A program made the translations under genes and the position numbers. Below, piece by piece: positions 37,033 to 46,548 of a stretch of DNA of 64,000 nt; position 1 is the first letter of the stretch, and each line of letters begins with the position of its first letter. Origin of the DNA: Candidatus Lloydbacteria bacterium RIFCSPHIGHO2_02_FULL_50_18. Lineage in GTDB: Bacteria; Patescibacteriota; Minisyncoccia; Phycocordibacterales; UBA6899. The stretch spans positions 128,001-192,000 of the forward strand of contig MHLM01000014.1 of assembly GCA_001821395.1 (NCBI GenBank), read 5' to 3'. The notes beneath the pieces are model-generated. The model was not told the DNA's origin and searched no databases. It was given only the letters and a program-made list of their open reading frames with translations.

Positions 37033-37076
37033 TCTTATTCGCGCGAATAGGCGAATAGATTACAGAGTGTTATGAT
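37033..37076 (+). promoter_or_regulatory. putative ArsR operator/promoter: palindrome attcgcgcgaat, direct repeat gcgaatag x2, and extended -10 TGtTATGAT
   Basis: tcttattcgcgcgaataggcgaataga, then tgttatgat at 37068-37076, 10 nt before the arsR-family ATG. Confidence 0.5.
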
Positions 37077-37085
37077 GGCAATATC

Positions 37086-37346
37086 ATGAAAGAGATCGAG
37101 AAACAGATGAGGGCGCTCGCGAATGGCCGACGACTGGCCATTCTCAAGTATCTGAAAAAAATCAAGGAGGCGAACGTGGGGGAGATTTCGGAGGAGATCA
37201 AGCTTTCATTCAAGGCAACATCCAAGCACCTGGGTATCTTGTATGCGGTGGGCATAGTAGAGAAAGATCAACTCGATCTCACGATAAATTATCGGCTGGC
37301 AAAGGACCCTCATGTTGCGGTGAGACAAATCCTTTTTATTCTCTAA
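37086..37346 (+). CDS. ArsR/SmtB-family transcriptional regulator (86 aa)
   Basis: LANGRRLAILKYL...ANVGEISEEIKLSFKATSKHLGILYAVGIV is the winged-HTH ArsR signature. Confidence 0.75.
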   Translation: MKEIEKQMRALANGRRLAILKYLKKIKEANVGEISEEIKLSFKATSKHLGILYAVGIVEKDQLDLTINYRLAKDPHVAVRQILFIL

Positions 37347-37404
37347 TTCCTTCCTGCGAAGGCAGGCGCGATCAAAATATCCTGAGTGAAGCGATCAGCG
37401 ATAT

Positions 37405-37468
37405 GAAGTACTCTTATTGTGATTGATCGTGCTGGTCCGCGGGGTAATTTTGCACAGTCCTGATGGGA
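37405..37468 (+). repeat. intergenic repeat family B, copy 3 (gaagtactcttattgtgattgatcg...ggtaattttgcacagtcctgatggga), followed by the A6-hairpin gcgggcgccgtggcgtccgc at 37478-37516
   Basis: Same module order as copy 1 at 34957. Confidence 0.55.
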
Positions 37469-37592
37469 TAATATATTTCGATAAAAAATGAAGCGGGCGC
37501 CGTGGCGTCCGCTGGGGATAGTGTTTTTTGAGAAGTGTGAGCTTCACCTTCGATTCATCGGACTCTCCTTTTGGTTAGGTCGTTTCAGGGCG

Positions 37593-37829
37593 TCAGCGCT
37601 TTTCGGCGGCGATGCGTCGCCCGCGCAGTTCTTCGACGGGGACAAATTTCCCGGATGCCTTGCGGTATCCCGGGTCGCCGTAGGTGGCACCATCCTGAAG
37701 CCGGCGGTGGTCGACTTGCATCGCTTCACCGTCAGCATCATAGAATGCGTTGTTCGCATCATCACTATCGCTGTCGGTTTGACCTCCGCAGCCAAAGGGC
37801 GTGTTGGTCAGAGCCTGAAAAGCATCCAT
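37593..37829 (-). CDS. hypothetical small acidic protein (78 aa)
   Basis: GGAG RBS 8 nt upstream of the ATG and a TATAAA -10 further upstream. A hairpin plus T-run lies downstream on the minus strand. It is preferred over the overlapping + strand ORF 37488-37850. Confidence 0.5.
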   Translation of the reverse strand: MDAFQALTNTPFGCGGQTDSDSDDANNAFYDADGEAMQVDHRRLQDGATYGDPGYRKASGKFVPVEELRGRRIAAEKR

Positions 37830-38277
37830 GTGCGGTACTCCAATTTATAAAAAGGTTAAAAAGATCTTAGATTTTAAGGATAGCATGAATATTCGCTCAT
37901 GTCAATACCATTTGAAAGCTGAGATATGTGCAATTGATTTCAAAAAAGTCGGGTGGTATATTCAAAATATGACTTTGGAAAGTTTACAGACAGAAGAAGC
38001 GTCGCCCGAAAAAGAAGGAGTGATACGTGCGTTGCTTGCCAACCACGAAGACTTATCGCCACTTCATCAATTTCTCGGCTTGCGCGAAACAAGGTGTAAG
38101 AACGGGATGGATAATCTTCTTCTCTCCGTCGACCTTCTTGACATTTGTGTGGGTGCGCATCTCTATGAAGCGGCTCATGAAACGCTGAATGCCGCGCTTC
38201 TCCAAGCAGAGCAGGAGGACGCTGCGGCGATCTTTGAGTATCTTGAAGGGGTAAGGCGCCAACTGCTTCAGTGGTAA
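37828..38277 (+). CDS. hypothetical protein (start uncertain; possibly ATG 37885)
   Basis: ORF only. Confidence 0.4.
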   Translation: MCGTPIYKKVKKILDFKDSMNIRSCQYHLKAEICAIDFKKVGWYIQNMTLESLQTEEASPEKEGVIRALLANHEDLSPLHQFLGLRETRCKNGMDNLLLSVDLLDICVGAHLYEAAHETLNAALLQAEQEDAAAIFEYLEGVRRQLLQW

Positions 38278-38350
38278 TATCTGGGGAATTACCATTTTTA
38301 AATTTAAGCTCACAATAAAAGATCCCGCACCAATTGTGCGGGATGAGAGG

Positions 38351-38752
38351 CTATTTTTCGGTGCTGTTATGTCGTGCTTTTAGTTCACGATAGTCTTCGA
38401 CTTCCATCCAGATGGGTAGCGGTGTTTCTGCCCCGAATGATTTCGCGCCGTCAGGTGCGGTATCGTCAGGTACAAGCGCAAGGTCGATCAATTCGCTATA
38501 CACTTTTTTCATCATCGCTATTTTCCTCGAGACCTTTGCGCAGTCGAGCTTCCCGATACGTCTTAGGAAGACCAGATCATCGCTCGCTGTCTTGAGAAAG
38601 ACGACGAGATGTGCGTAATGTTCGTCTCCCGTCCAGTAAGGGAATAGTTTTTTGTTCTTGGAGCGTAACGACCGATAGGGATGATGCACAACGATTATTT
38701 CACGCACGAAGGTGGTGAGGGTTGTTTTGGTCTCTGCACGCACAGCATCCAT
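38351..38752 (-). CDS. hypothetical protein (133 aa)
   Basis: ORF ending at the hairpin atcccgcacaattggtgcgggat at 38318-38342. Confidence 0.5.
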   Translation of the reverse strand: MDAVRAETKTTLTTFVREIIVVHHPYRSLRSKNKKLFPYWTGDEHYAHLVVFLKTASDDLVFLRRIGKLDCAKVSRKIAMMKKVYSELIDLALVPDDTAPDGAKSFGAETPLPIWMEVEDYRELKARHNSTEK

Positions 38753-38904
38753 TTGCGCCTCCGGTATTTTTTATCCTTTCCCACTCTACTGCTTTATGAA
38801 GTGTTGTCAATTTCGCTCGTGACCACGTCGAAGTCCCATACTCCGGCGATCAGAGATTTCAAGTACTCTCCCGTGCAAGGCCGAATAGCCTCGTACCTGC
38901 GTTA

Positions 38905-39147
38905 TTATTTGGATTGAAGTATCAGGGAGCCTTTGCTGAAATTTTCTCCGATCCAAGAGATCTTTCCGATGAGCGGTCCGAGGATGCCGAGTGCTATCGT
39001 CGCGATAATTGCGGAACCGACAAAAAATCCTATACCGTAGATGATCCCGGTGCCGGCGATGTGTGTCACCGTGGTTTGTTTTTTGATATTGGCATTCAAC
39101 GTGATCAACTGCCTGATGATCTCGTCGTTCTGTTGTTCGATATTCAT
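38905..39147 (-). CDS. small membrane protein (80 aa)
   Basis: C-terminal half is Gly/Ile-rich TM (IAGTGIIYGIGFFVGSAIIATIALGILGPLIG). Confidence 0.5.
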   Translation of the reverse strand: MNIEQQNDEIIRQLITLNANIKKQTTVTHIAGTGIIYGIGFFVGSAIIATIALGILGPLIGKISWIGENFSKGSLILQSK

Positions 39148-39247
39148 ATGTTAATTATACCACTCGAAAATTTAAAAGTAGCGATCTGTTGTTGCTGAGT
39201 TGAGAAATATGCGGTTGAAATGATCTGTAGGCGAGTAGGACGATACG

Positions 39248-39466
39248 CTATGTTTTGCGACCCCACTGGATATGTGCCCAGATACGTTCATGCAGATAAT
39301 AGAGTGCGGTACTGTATCCATTCACAAAGATCACGATACCGGCACTGAGTGCAGCGTCACGCGTAAAAAAGTATGCGACCGCAGAGTCAATACTGATACT
39401 TAAGAGTCGATAGCTGATCGATTTAACCCCGGTGCGTCGGTGTTTTTCTAGTGGTTTTATTTCCAT
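39248..39466 (-). CDS. small two-TM membrane protein (72 aa; DUF2061-like)
   Basis: SYRLLSISIDSAVAYFFTRDAALSAGIVIFVNGYSTALYYLHERIW pattern. Confidence 0.5.
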   Translation of the reverse strand: MEIKPLEKHRRTGVKSISYRLLSISIDSAVAYFFTRDAALSAGIVIFVNGYSTALYYLHERIWAHIQWGRKT

Positions 39467-39608
39467 TTGCCAAGTATATCAAGGAAAATCGGAAAATAGT
39501 GCTCCTGCGGAAAAGCACGATCTTTCTGGCGGACAGGTAGGTCCGTTGATCTTTGAATGACGCAGAGGGAAATAAAAAAGCGCTACATAGATAATGTAGC
39601 GCCGTTGC

Positions 39609-39989
39609 TTATTCCTTCAGATGGTCGGGGAACAATTTGTCGCGCTCCTCGCGGAAACGATGAAGTGTAAGCGTCGACTCTTTGCGTACGCGACGTGTCA
39701 TCGAGACGTGCTCGATAAGCGATTCTTCTTGTTTATCAAGATATACCCCCACTTCTTCGAGCGTTGCGAGACGCATGTTCTCGCGCGAATCGGGTGAGTG
39801 TTCCGTCACGTCAAATTCATATGCTTGAGATTGTTCCAGCATGTCGTCAAAAGATCTGACGTAAAACAGCCTTGCCTCATTGTCGACCCTCGTAATGACG
39901 GCGGGGCAACTCCACCGGCTCATCGAGGTCGTTCCCGAATACCAAATGAATGCTCCCTGCTTCACATGTTCCGCAGTGACTTTTGCCAT
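39609..39989 (-). CDS. hypothetical protein (126 aa)
   Basis: ORF with the downstream terminator aaaaaagcgctacatagataatgtagcgc at 39570-39605. Confidence 0.5.
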   Translation of the reverse strand: MAKVTAEHVKQGAFIWYSGTTSMSRWSCPAVITRVDNEARLFYVRSFDDMLEQSQAYEFDVTEHSPDSRENMRLATLEEVGVYLDKQEESLIEHVSMTRRVRKESTLTLHRFREERDKLFPDHLKE

Positions 39990-40138
39990 CGTCTTACTCC
40001 TATGAAAAACTCAACTCTATCGACAACCTACCATAAAGATCATATATCGCAAGGGGAAGGGGTCACAATGATCGACCATGGAAAATGAGTGAATAAAAAA
40101 TGCCCCGCACAATGTGCGGGGCATGAAGATCATTGTCG

Positions 40139-41155
40139 TTAGTTGTCGCCCCCTCCACCACCGGCAGTCGAGCCGCCGCTATCGGGGGAGCTGAATGAGT
40201 CGAAGCTGCTCGAACTGCTCCCTGAACCGGAGTCATCACTGCGCTCCCAGTTGGACGAACTCGATTGAGTAGAAGCAATTTCAACCGCAGCTACTGCCGC
40301 AGCTGCTGCCGTAGCCGCATTCGTGCGTGCACTACGCGGCGGTGCATTGGAATATGAAGCAGGTCGCGTGGGCGGACGCTCGCGCCGTGCTTCCGGTCGC
40401 TTGGTAGGCAGAGGATATGTTGTGGGGAGGTCATCCTCACTCATTCTTTTCAGCCACTCGGCATATTCTTGTTTTTCACCGCGCACACGCTCCCGCTCCG
40501 CCTCCTCGTTCTTTCGTTTATTGATGCGATAGAGGTAAAGACAGAGCAGTGTTGATCCAAGAATAGCCAGCAAAAGAGGAACGGCAAATTCGAGACTTCG
40601 GTCACCTCCCGGCTGCCTTGTCACTGTTGTTTTCGGAACGAACTCATGCTTTGTGCGCTCCATAAGTGCATCAGTGCCTCGCATAAGTCCAAGCGCATAC
40701 GCCCCCAGTGTCCCATTATGCATCGCAGGCTTCATCGTTCCTTCGGTGATATTTTTAATCGCGAGATCAGGCACCGCGCCTTCAACGCCCCGTCCCGTGA
40801 CAATGCGTATCTTGTAAGGCGGAGTCTTGCCTGCGACGATGACGAGGATACCGGAGTCGATATCTGCTTGCCCCGGCTTCCATTTGTCAAAGAGTCCGAC
40901 GCCGAGGTCGATCAGTCCGGTGGGGTAGCCATAGTCCTGTGCTGACGTGATCGTTGCGATGACGATACTGACCTTGCTCGCATCGCGAAATTTCGCGAGT
41001 TTTGCGTTCAGCTCGTTCGCTTCATTCGGGCTTATCATCGACGCAAAGTCGTTGACGAAGCGGTCGGAAAGCGCGGGGAATTCGTTTGCGCCTGCGAGGG
41101 CAGCCGAAATGCAGAGAAAGATACCGAGCAGTAAGCGGGTGAATTTCATGGACAC
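40139..41155 (-). CDS. TPM-domain (TLP18.3/Psb32/MOLO-1; YgcG-like) secreted protein with TM and Gly/Ser-rich C-tail
   Basis: Signal peptide, then FVNDFASMISPNEANELNAKLAKFRDASKVSIVIATITS...GILVIVAGKTPPYKIRIVTGRGVEG is the TPM phosphatase-fold pattern. This is followed by a TM, a basic stretch and a poly-A/S/G tail. Confidence 0.75.
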   Translation of the reverse strand: MSMKFTRLLLGIFLCISAALAGANEFPALSDRFVNDFASMISPNEANELNAKLAKFRDASKVSIVIATITSAQDYGYPTGLIDLGVGLFDKWKPGQADIDSGILVIVAGKTPPYKIRIVTGRGVEGAVPDLAIKNITEGTMKPAMHNGTLGAYALGLMRGTDALMERTKHEFVPKTTVTRQPGGDRSLEFAVPLLLAILGSTLLCLYLYRINKRKNEEAERERVRGEKQEYAEWLKRMSEDDLPTTYPLPTKRPEARRERPPTRPASYSNAPPRSARTNAATAAAAAVAAVEIASTQSSSSNWERSDDSGSGSSSSSFDSFSSPDSGGSTAGGGGGDN

Positions 41156-41494
41156 TCCTTCTTTATGTTGAGTTCAATTTGAAGAGCTAACCGTTAGCAC
41201 AATAATACAATAAACATAATTTGTCAAAATTTTCTCAATGCGATGAGATACGCAATGGAGTACTCGGTTTGAGTGCAATTTGTTCAAGCAAAACAAACAG
41301 TCATTTAAAAGCTGTCGCTGCTCCGACCGATACTCAGCCTTATGAAATAGTATAAACTATACTTTTGATGTAAAATGAAAATGTTATTTTAGAACAAGAC
41401 ACATAATCGGAATTATGTGTCTCGCGGTTGTCTCCATGCTAGCGGATGAATGATAAAGGCAAAAGTGAAATTAAAACAATAAAAATAAAGAAAT

Positions 41495-44400
41495 ATGCAT
41501 ATATTTTTCAAATCATTGGTAGTGGGTGCGCTCTCCCTCTCTATACCATTTTTTGTCTCAGCAGAGGAAATACAACCAATTGTACCAGTATCTCAAATAC
41601 TCACAGATACGAATGAGATGAAGCCTATCGTGTTAGCCACTGTCAATCTTCAGAACGCCACCTCCACCCAAGAAGGACACACTTTCACTATCTCCTTCGA
41701 TCTGACAAATCGCGTGGGTGTCCAGCCTGGAGTGAAATATAGCGTAGTACTTATTAAGGAAACAGCTGTTGGGCAGACGATCGTAGATGAGCACGTATAT
41801 GACGAAACGATCAATCTGGGTGAAAATAGTTCTGTTCATAAAGTGGTCAATTACGCGCCCCCAACGAACATAGTGGGAGAGTACCTCCTCTTTATTTCTA
41901 GTGAGAACACAAGTGGATTTCCATTTGGACAAGCGACACTTGGAAAGGTGATCCTCAAGAGGAGTGATGCAGCTCAAAACCCTATTGTTATTGATACCGT
42001 AAGTTGCTATCTCACCGTAGAAGGGGAAAAAGATCAGCCTCACTATGCGCCTCGCCAGGGAGTCGATATCTCGATCGTTGAAAAATTACAAAGCAATTGT
42101 ATCGTAGAAAATACCTCGAATGTTCCAACTACCGCCACTCCTTCTTTTGTCACTCGCACCCGTTCCAATTTTGGTGAGATAGTATCCACGCAAGGTGGTG
42201 ATATGAACGCTGTTATATTTGCGCCGAATGAAAAAAAGACAATAGTAACATCTCTTCCAATATCGCTTACTCCACAATCTTACAATGTAAATCTTAAATA
42301 TGGAGCAACGAGTAATGAGATCTCCTACCACTATGTGATACAGGGCGCAGGCGGGACGATACAGAACATTCTTTTGGACAAAGATGCGTACGTCAAAGGG
42401 GAGACCGCAAATATTTCATTCATGTGGTCGCCTTCTGCCGATGGGTTCCCATACTCTCGTCAGGGGGCAAGTACTCAATTAACAAGTCCTTCCTTTGCTA
42501 TTTCGCTTGTTGATGAAACGGGAAATTCTTGTGCCAACTCCTTTAATCAGCCTCTATTGAGTGATGATATTCTTGTCCAAGCAAAGATAGCTATTATCTC
42601 TTCTTGTATTCATCCAAGAGCGAATGTGACGCTTGCCGATGCGAAGTTGGGGGTATTGGCACAAATGTCTTTTGAAACGGCCACGACGCCATCCCCATCA
42701 ATTCCGCAAAAAGAAACAAATACAAAAAACATCCTTGCGGTGATGCTGGTTATCCTTCTATCGGTGATATTTGCTTTTTTGATCTATCGTAATAAAAAGG
42801 TTCACTCTCTTCCCGTTGGCCCGCTTGTACTTCTCTTCGTGATCGGGTTCATGTTCACTCATGCGGAGATTGCGAGAGCGGATACGTTTTATACCGGATT
42901 TACTGGTACTACTCTTGTGAACGTATCGCTTAACAAGACTTCGTATGCCCCGGGGGAGCCGATGACAATAACTGGGTCAATAACCGTTGCTGGTTGTGCA
43001 AACTCAGGAGATTGGTATCTTCTTAAATACGGTGTCGATCTAGCTGTGGGCCCCTTTACCGGAGCATACCTCATTAGTCAGCGAATCGCTGGGGGGAGCA
43101 CTATTTTTTCTTCAGCCACTGTACCTGCCCCGCTGTTGGCAGGAAGTCATAGAGTCAATTTTCTTACTACGACAGGTTGGGTTGTCAGCAAATCTTATTT
43201 CTTACCTTTCACTGTTAATACTCCTTCTTGTACTGGCGCGACTCCCTGCGGTACTCCGGGTTCTTGCTTCGCAAAATCCGGCTGCAATAACGTCTGTGGC
43301 TCTACCGCCGTCAACGACTGTGCGGGTACCTGCGGAGGAGGCGCCGTAGACTACAATGGTGCAGTTGCAGGCTGTGGTTTCCCTGCCTGTACTGGAGCGA
43401 CTCCCTGCGGTACTCCGGGTTCTTGCTTCGCAAAATCCGGTTGTGATAACGTCTGCGGCTCTACCGCCGTCAACGACTGTGCAGGTACCTGTGGAGGAAG
43501 AGCTACCGACTACAATGGTGCAGTTGCAGGCTGTGGCGGACCACTTTCCATCACCGCAAACCCTGTTGCACCGATCACGCTTCCCACCACGACATTCACC
43601 TCTACGTATTCACTTACGAACGGTACGTCCGCGAACACGAATTGTCGTTTGCTTGATAATGCAAGTAATCCGCTCACCGGATATACTCCGTGCTCGGGGA
43701 GTATCGCCTACAACACTCCTGCTTCACCCGGTGCGTATGGTTATAATGTCCAAGCATTTAAGTCCTTGACCGGTGAGATCAAGACAAGCGCATTTACCGT
43801 GACGGTGAATGGTGCTGGCTGTTCCGCTACAACGATCGAGAACTGTGCACTTCCCGCAACCGCGACCGGAGGAAATGCGGGGAGTTGTAATAGCGGATAC
43901 GTCGGTTCCTGTAATTTCTCGTGTATGAACCGCGTATGGTCCTCGAATTCAAACTCCTGTACATTGATCCCTGCTCCCATCGTTACCGCCACAATAAACG
44001 GCGCGGCGACCGCATCGATAGGCTCGGGCGCACCATTCACCCTCGCAATGACCTCAAGCGGTGTTGGAGGGGGAACATGTTCATGGAGCCGCTCATCGGT
44101 TGCAAACAATCTCGGAGGAGATTTTGGGTTCGCGGCGATCCCCACAGCGAACGGGGGACCACAACAGTTCAACACCAACAATGTATTCTCCGGATGGAGG
44201 GGCCCAACAAAAGTGACTTGGATATTCAAATGTGACAATGGGTTCGGGCTCTCCACCTCAAGGTCTGTGGAACTCACCATTGCCGCTCCTGTTCCAGCGA
44301 TAACAATCAATCCGATCAATAATCTGCTTTTCGGTGATGTTCCGCTCAATAATACTCGTATTCGGACGTTCACCATCACAAATACCGGAGACATCGGTTC

Positions 44401-44935
44401 ATGGCTTATTGGTACGGTGACGACCGGAAATCCTCGTTTTGTCTGTACGGAAAGATGTACCTACGACCTTGGTGCGGGGGAAGTACAGACTGTGACCGTT
44501 ATCTTCACCCCTGGCGTTGTCGGTCCGATCTCTGCGTCAGTACTTTTCAACGGTAATCCCTCTCCCACGTTAATCTCTTCGGGAAACGGAATCGCACCAG
44601 TCATCATTGTTCCGGCATCGGTCGATTTCGGCAATGTCCCGATTATTCGCACTAAGGACCTCAGCTTTGTCATCAAAAATATTGGTACGGTAGATCTGGG
44701 CCTCACTACTTTTTGGGGGTATAATGCGCCGTACACCTGTATCTCCATGGCGACCTGCGCTCAAAACGGGATCAATCTTGCTCCAAACGTCGTGAACACG
44801 GTCACGTTACGGTTCTCTCCGACGGCCGCCATCGTCTACCCGACGCAAATAGGTACACTTTCCGGTCAGCCGCTTTACGCCATCCCTATCAGCGGTACCG
44901 GAGTGCAGCCGGTGTTCAATGTGAAGGAGCAGTAA
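41495..44935 (+). CDS. large surface protein (1146 aa) with a signal peptide, an internal TM hairpin, tandem Cys-rich repeats and Ig-like (ASPM/choice-of-anchor-D-like) C-terminal domains
   Basis: N-terminal signal MHIFFKSLVVGALSLSIPFFVSA|EE. Internal segments ILAVMLVILLSVIFAFLIYRNKK and VGPLVLLFVIGFMFTHAEIARA are TM-like. Two tandem 53-aa repeats PSCTGATPCGTPGSCFAKSGC(N/D)NVCGSTAVNDCAGTCGG... are present. C-terminal motifs FGDVPLNNTRIRTFTITNTG and VDFGNVPIIRTKDLSFVIKNIG are beta-sandwich-like. Confidence 0.8.
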   Translation: MHIFFKSLVVGALSLSIPFFVSAEEIQPIVPVSQILTDTNEMKPIVLATVNLQNATSTQEGHTFTISFDLTNRVGVQPGVKYSVVLIKETAVGQTIVDEHVYDETINLGENSSVHKVVNYAPPTNIVGEYLLFISSENTSGFPFGQATLGKVILKRSDAAQNPIVIDTVSCYLTVEGEKDQPHYAPRQGVDISIVEKLQSNCIVENTSNVPTTATPSFVTRTRSNFGEIVSTQGGDMNAVIFAPNEKKTIVTSLPISLTPQSYNVNLKYGATSNEISYHYVIQGAGGTIQNILLDKDAYVKGETANISFMWSPSADGFPYSRQGASTQLTSPSFAISLVDETGNSCANSFNQPLLSDDILVQAKIAIISSCIHPRANVTLADAKLGVLAQMSFETATTPSPSIPQKETNTKNILAVMLVILLSVIFAFLIYRNKKVHSLPVGPLVLLFVIGFMFTHAEIARADTFYTGFTGTTLVNVSLNKTSYAPGEPMTITGSITVAGCANSGDWYLLKYGVDLAVGPFTGAYLISQRIAGGSTIFSSATVPAPLLAGSHRVNFLTTTGWVVSKSYFLPFTVNTPSCTGATPCGTPGSCFAKSGCNNVCGSTAVNDCAGTCGGGAVDYNGAVAGCGFPACTGATPCGTPGSCFAKSGCDNVCGSTAVNDCAGTCGGRATDYNGAVAGCGGPLSITANPVAPITLPTTTFTSTYSLTNGTSANTNCRLLDNASNPLTGYTPCSGSIAYNTPASPGAYGYNVQAFKSLTGEIKTSAFTVTVNGAGCSATTIENCALPATATGGNAGSCNSGYVGSCNFSCMNRVWSSNSNSCTLIPAPIVTATINGAATASIGSGAPFTLAMTSSGVGGGTCSWSRSSVANNLGGDFGFAAIPTANGGPQQFNTNNVFSGWRGPTKVTWIFKCDNGFGLSTSRSVELTIAAPVPAITINPINNLLFGDVPLNNTRIRTFTITNTGDIGSWLIGTVTTGNPRFVCTERCTYDLGAGEVQTVTVIFTPGVVGPISASVLFNGNPSPTLISSGNGIAPVIIVPASVDFGNVPIIRTKDLSFVIKNIGTVDLGLTTFWGYNAPYTCISMATCAQNGINLAPNVVNTVTLRFSPTAAIVYPTQIGTLSGQPLYAIPISGTGVQPVFNVKEQ
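43229..43546 (+). repeat. two tandem 159-bp direct repeats (about 93% nucleotide identity) inside the surface-protein gene
   Basis: tgtactggcgcgactccctgcggtactccgggttcttgcttcgcaaaatccgg... starts at 43229 and again at 43388. Confidence 0.8.
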
Positions 44936-45092
44936 ACGTTCGAGTCGGGAACCAATTGCAGACAGACCACGCGTTCACGTGTGGCCTGTTTCTGCTTCAT
45001 GGCGGATCGATCATTGCTTTTAGTTTGTCTGGATACGCAAGAGTGCGGATACTATTTTTTACGCGAGAAAATGATGTAGAAAGCAGGGTATA

Positions 45093-45758
45093 TTGATCTC
45101 CAGGATATTTGCTATACTCAGTTGTATGGATAGAAGGCTTACTCTTTTTTTACTTTTCACGATTGTCATCGTATTGCTTTTTTGGTACTCGAGCGTTTTG
45201 CAGGAGCAGTTCTATGTTGTTGTTAAAATCTTCGATGCGATCGTTCTTGAGAATCGGTCGTTGGCGATAGGGGTATTCGTGTTGGCCGCGGCAGTCGCTG
45301 CCCTGATAAGCCCACTCACCAATATACCGCTTGTGCCGATCGCGGTGGCGATCTGGGGCCCTTCTTTTACGACGGCTATTTTACTTTGCGGCTGGTTTAT
45401 CGGCGATATACTGGCATATGTTATCGGACGCTATGTGGGTCGAAAGGCCGTCTCCTACTTTGTGCCGGAGGAGCGACTTGAGCGATGGAGTAGCACCGTA
45501 AAGGAACACACGAATATTATTACTGCATTTTTTCTGCGTTTGGCACTTCCCGCCGAGCTTGGTTATGCATTCGGGATCGTGCGCTACCATGCCGGGTGGT
45601 ACATATTGATCACTGTTCTTGCCGAACTTCCGTTTGCCGTCGTTGCTACTTATGCGAGTGAAGCGGTCCTTTCCGGTGATGTGATAAAGTTTTTCTGGTT
45701 CACGGCGATACTCTTCCTGCTCATATTTTTTGCATTTTTCAAAATTCGTAAAAAGTGA
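45093..45758 (+). CDS. DedA/TVP38 (VTT-domain, SNARE-associated) membrane protein
   Basis: Polytopic membrane protein with FLRLALPAELGYAFGIVRY resembling the VTT-domain motif. Confidence 0.6.
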   Translation: MISRIFAILSCMDRRLTLFLLFTIVIVLLFWYSSVLQEQFYVVVKIFDAIVLENRSLAIGVFVLAAAVAALISPLTNIPLVPIAVAIWGPSFTTAILLCGWFIGDILAYVIGRYVGRKAVSYFVPEERLERWSSTVKEHTNIITAFFLRLALPAELGYAFGIVRYHAGWYILITVLAELPFAVVATYASEAVLSGDVIKFFWFTAILFLLIFFAFFKIRKK

Positions 45759-45882
45759 TGCACGATTAACCACCGTGCGCTTTTGTCACACAGTGGTTGG
45801 TCCAGGTGATGATAGCTCAATAAAAAAGTGCGACCATTTGGGGTCGCACTCAATCGATGCCTCTTTCTGTGAGCGTTTCTGT

Positions 45883-46332
45883 TTATCTGCGTCGCCGGAA
45901 AGTATCGGCTGCGTCCCCAGCTTCTATGATGTCTCTCACACAATTTGAGTAGACCCATGGTATGTCCGAGAACTGCGCGCATGCCGTAAAGTAGTCGACG
46001 TGCTCCGCGGGTGCATAGTTCATGCGGGGCGGATAATATATGCGCGGTTGCGGGTAATAGACCGGCGGCGGTAGATAGTAGACGGGAGGCGGCACATAGA
46101 CCGGCGGGGGAATATAAGGCGGAGCATAATTCTCGTGAATGATATATGCCCCCAATCCGCCGATAATGAGCGGTGCGATCCAATTCCCTCGATCATGGTG
46201 CTGATATTGCGGTCTTTGCTGCGGATACTGTTCATGATGGTGCCGCGGGTTAGCTTCAGCAGTTCCGACGATCACAAGTGCAATCGCTGTGACTACTGCG
46301 TAAAAAATCAATGACTTGTTCAATGATCTCAT
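45883..46332 (-). CDS. secreted Pro/Tyr-rich repeat protein (149 aa)
   Basis: Reassigned start (AGGAG 7 nt upstream) gives signal peptide MRSLNKSLIFYAVVTAIALVIVGTAEA. This is followed by a His/Gln-rich stretch and PP(V/I)YYPP repeats (PPPVYVPPPVYYLPPPVYYPQPRIYYPP). Confidence 0.65.
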   Translation of the reverse strand: MRSLNKSLIFYAVVTAIALVIVGTAEANPRHHHEQYPQQRPQYQHHDRGNWIAPLIIGGLGAYIIHENYAPPYIPPPVYVPPPVYYLPPPVYYPQPRIYYPPRMNYAPAEHVDYFTACAQFSDIPWVYSNCVRDIIEAGDAADTFRRRR

Positions 46333-46548
46333 GTGATACTCCTGTGTGTGACGATGGACGAACTGCAAGCATTCTACTACTAATTAGATCAATCGTCAAT
46401 TATGAACACTGGTTGGCAATACAGCTGAAGCAGGGCGTTTTCAAAAAATGCTAGACATGTTGGATGCTTATTCCGGCATAGGATGGTGGAGAAAGAAGAA
46501 TCAAAAGACACACGACAGCATCATGATGTAGCGTATCTTATGACTCGC

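Noticed and set aside
37488-37850. 120-aa + strand ORF overlapping 37593-37829 (-)
   Set aside because: The minus-strand ORF has GGAG RBS, a -10 box and a terminator in the correct geometry plus a more protein-like composition. The plus ORF begins inside a terminator hairpin.
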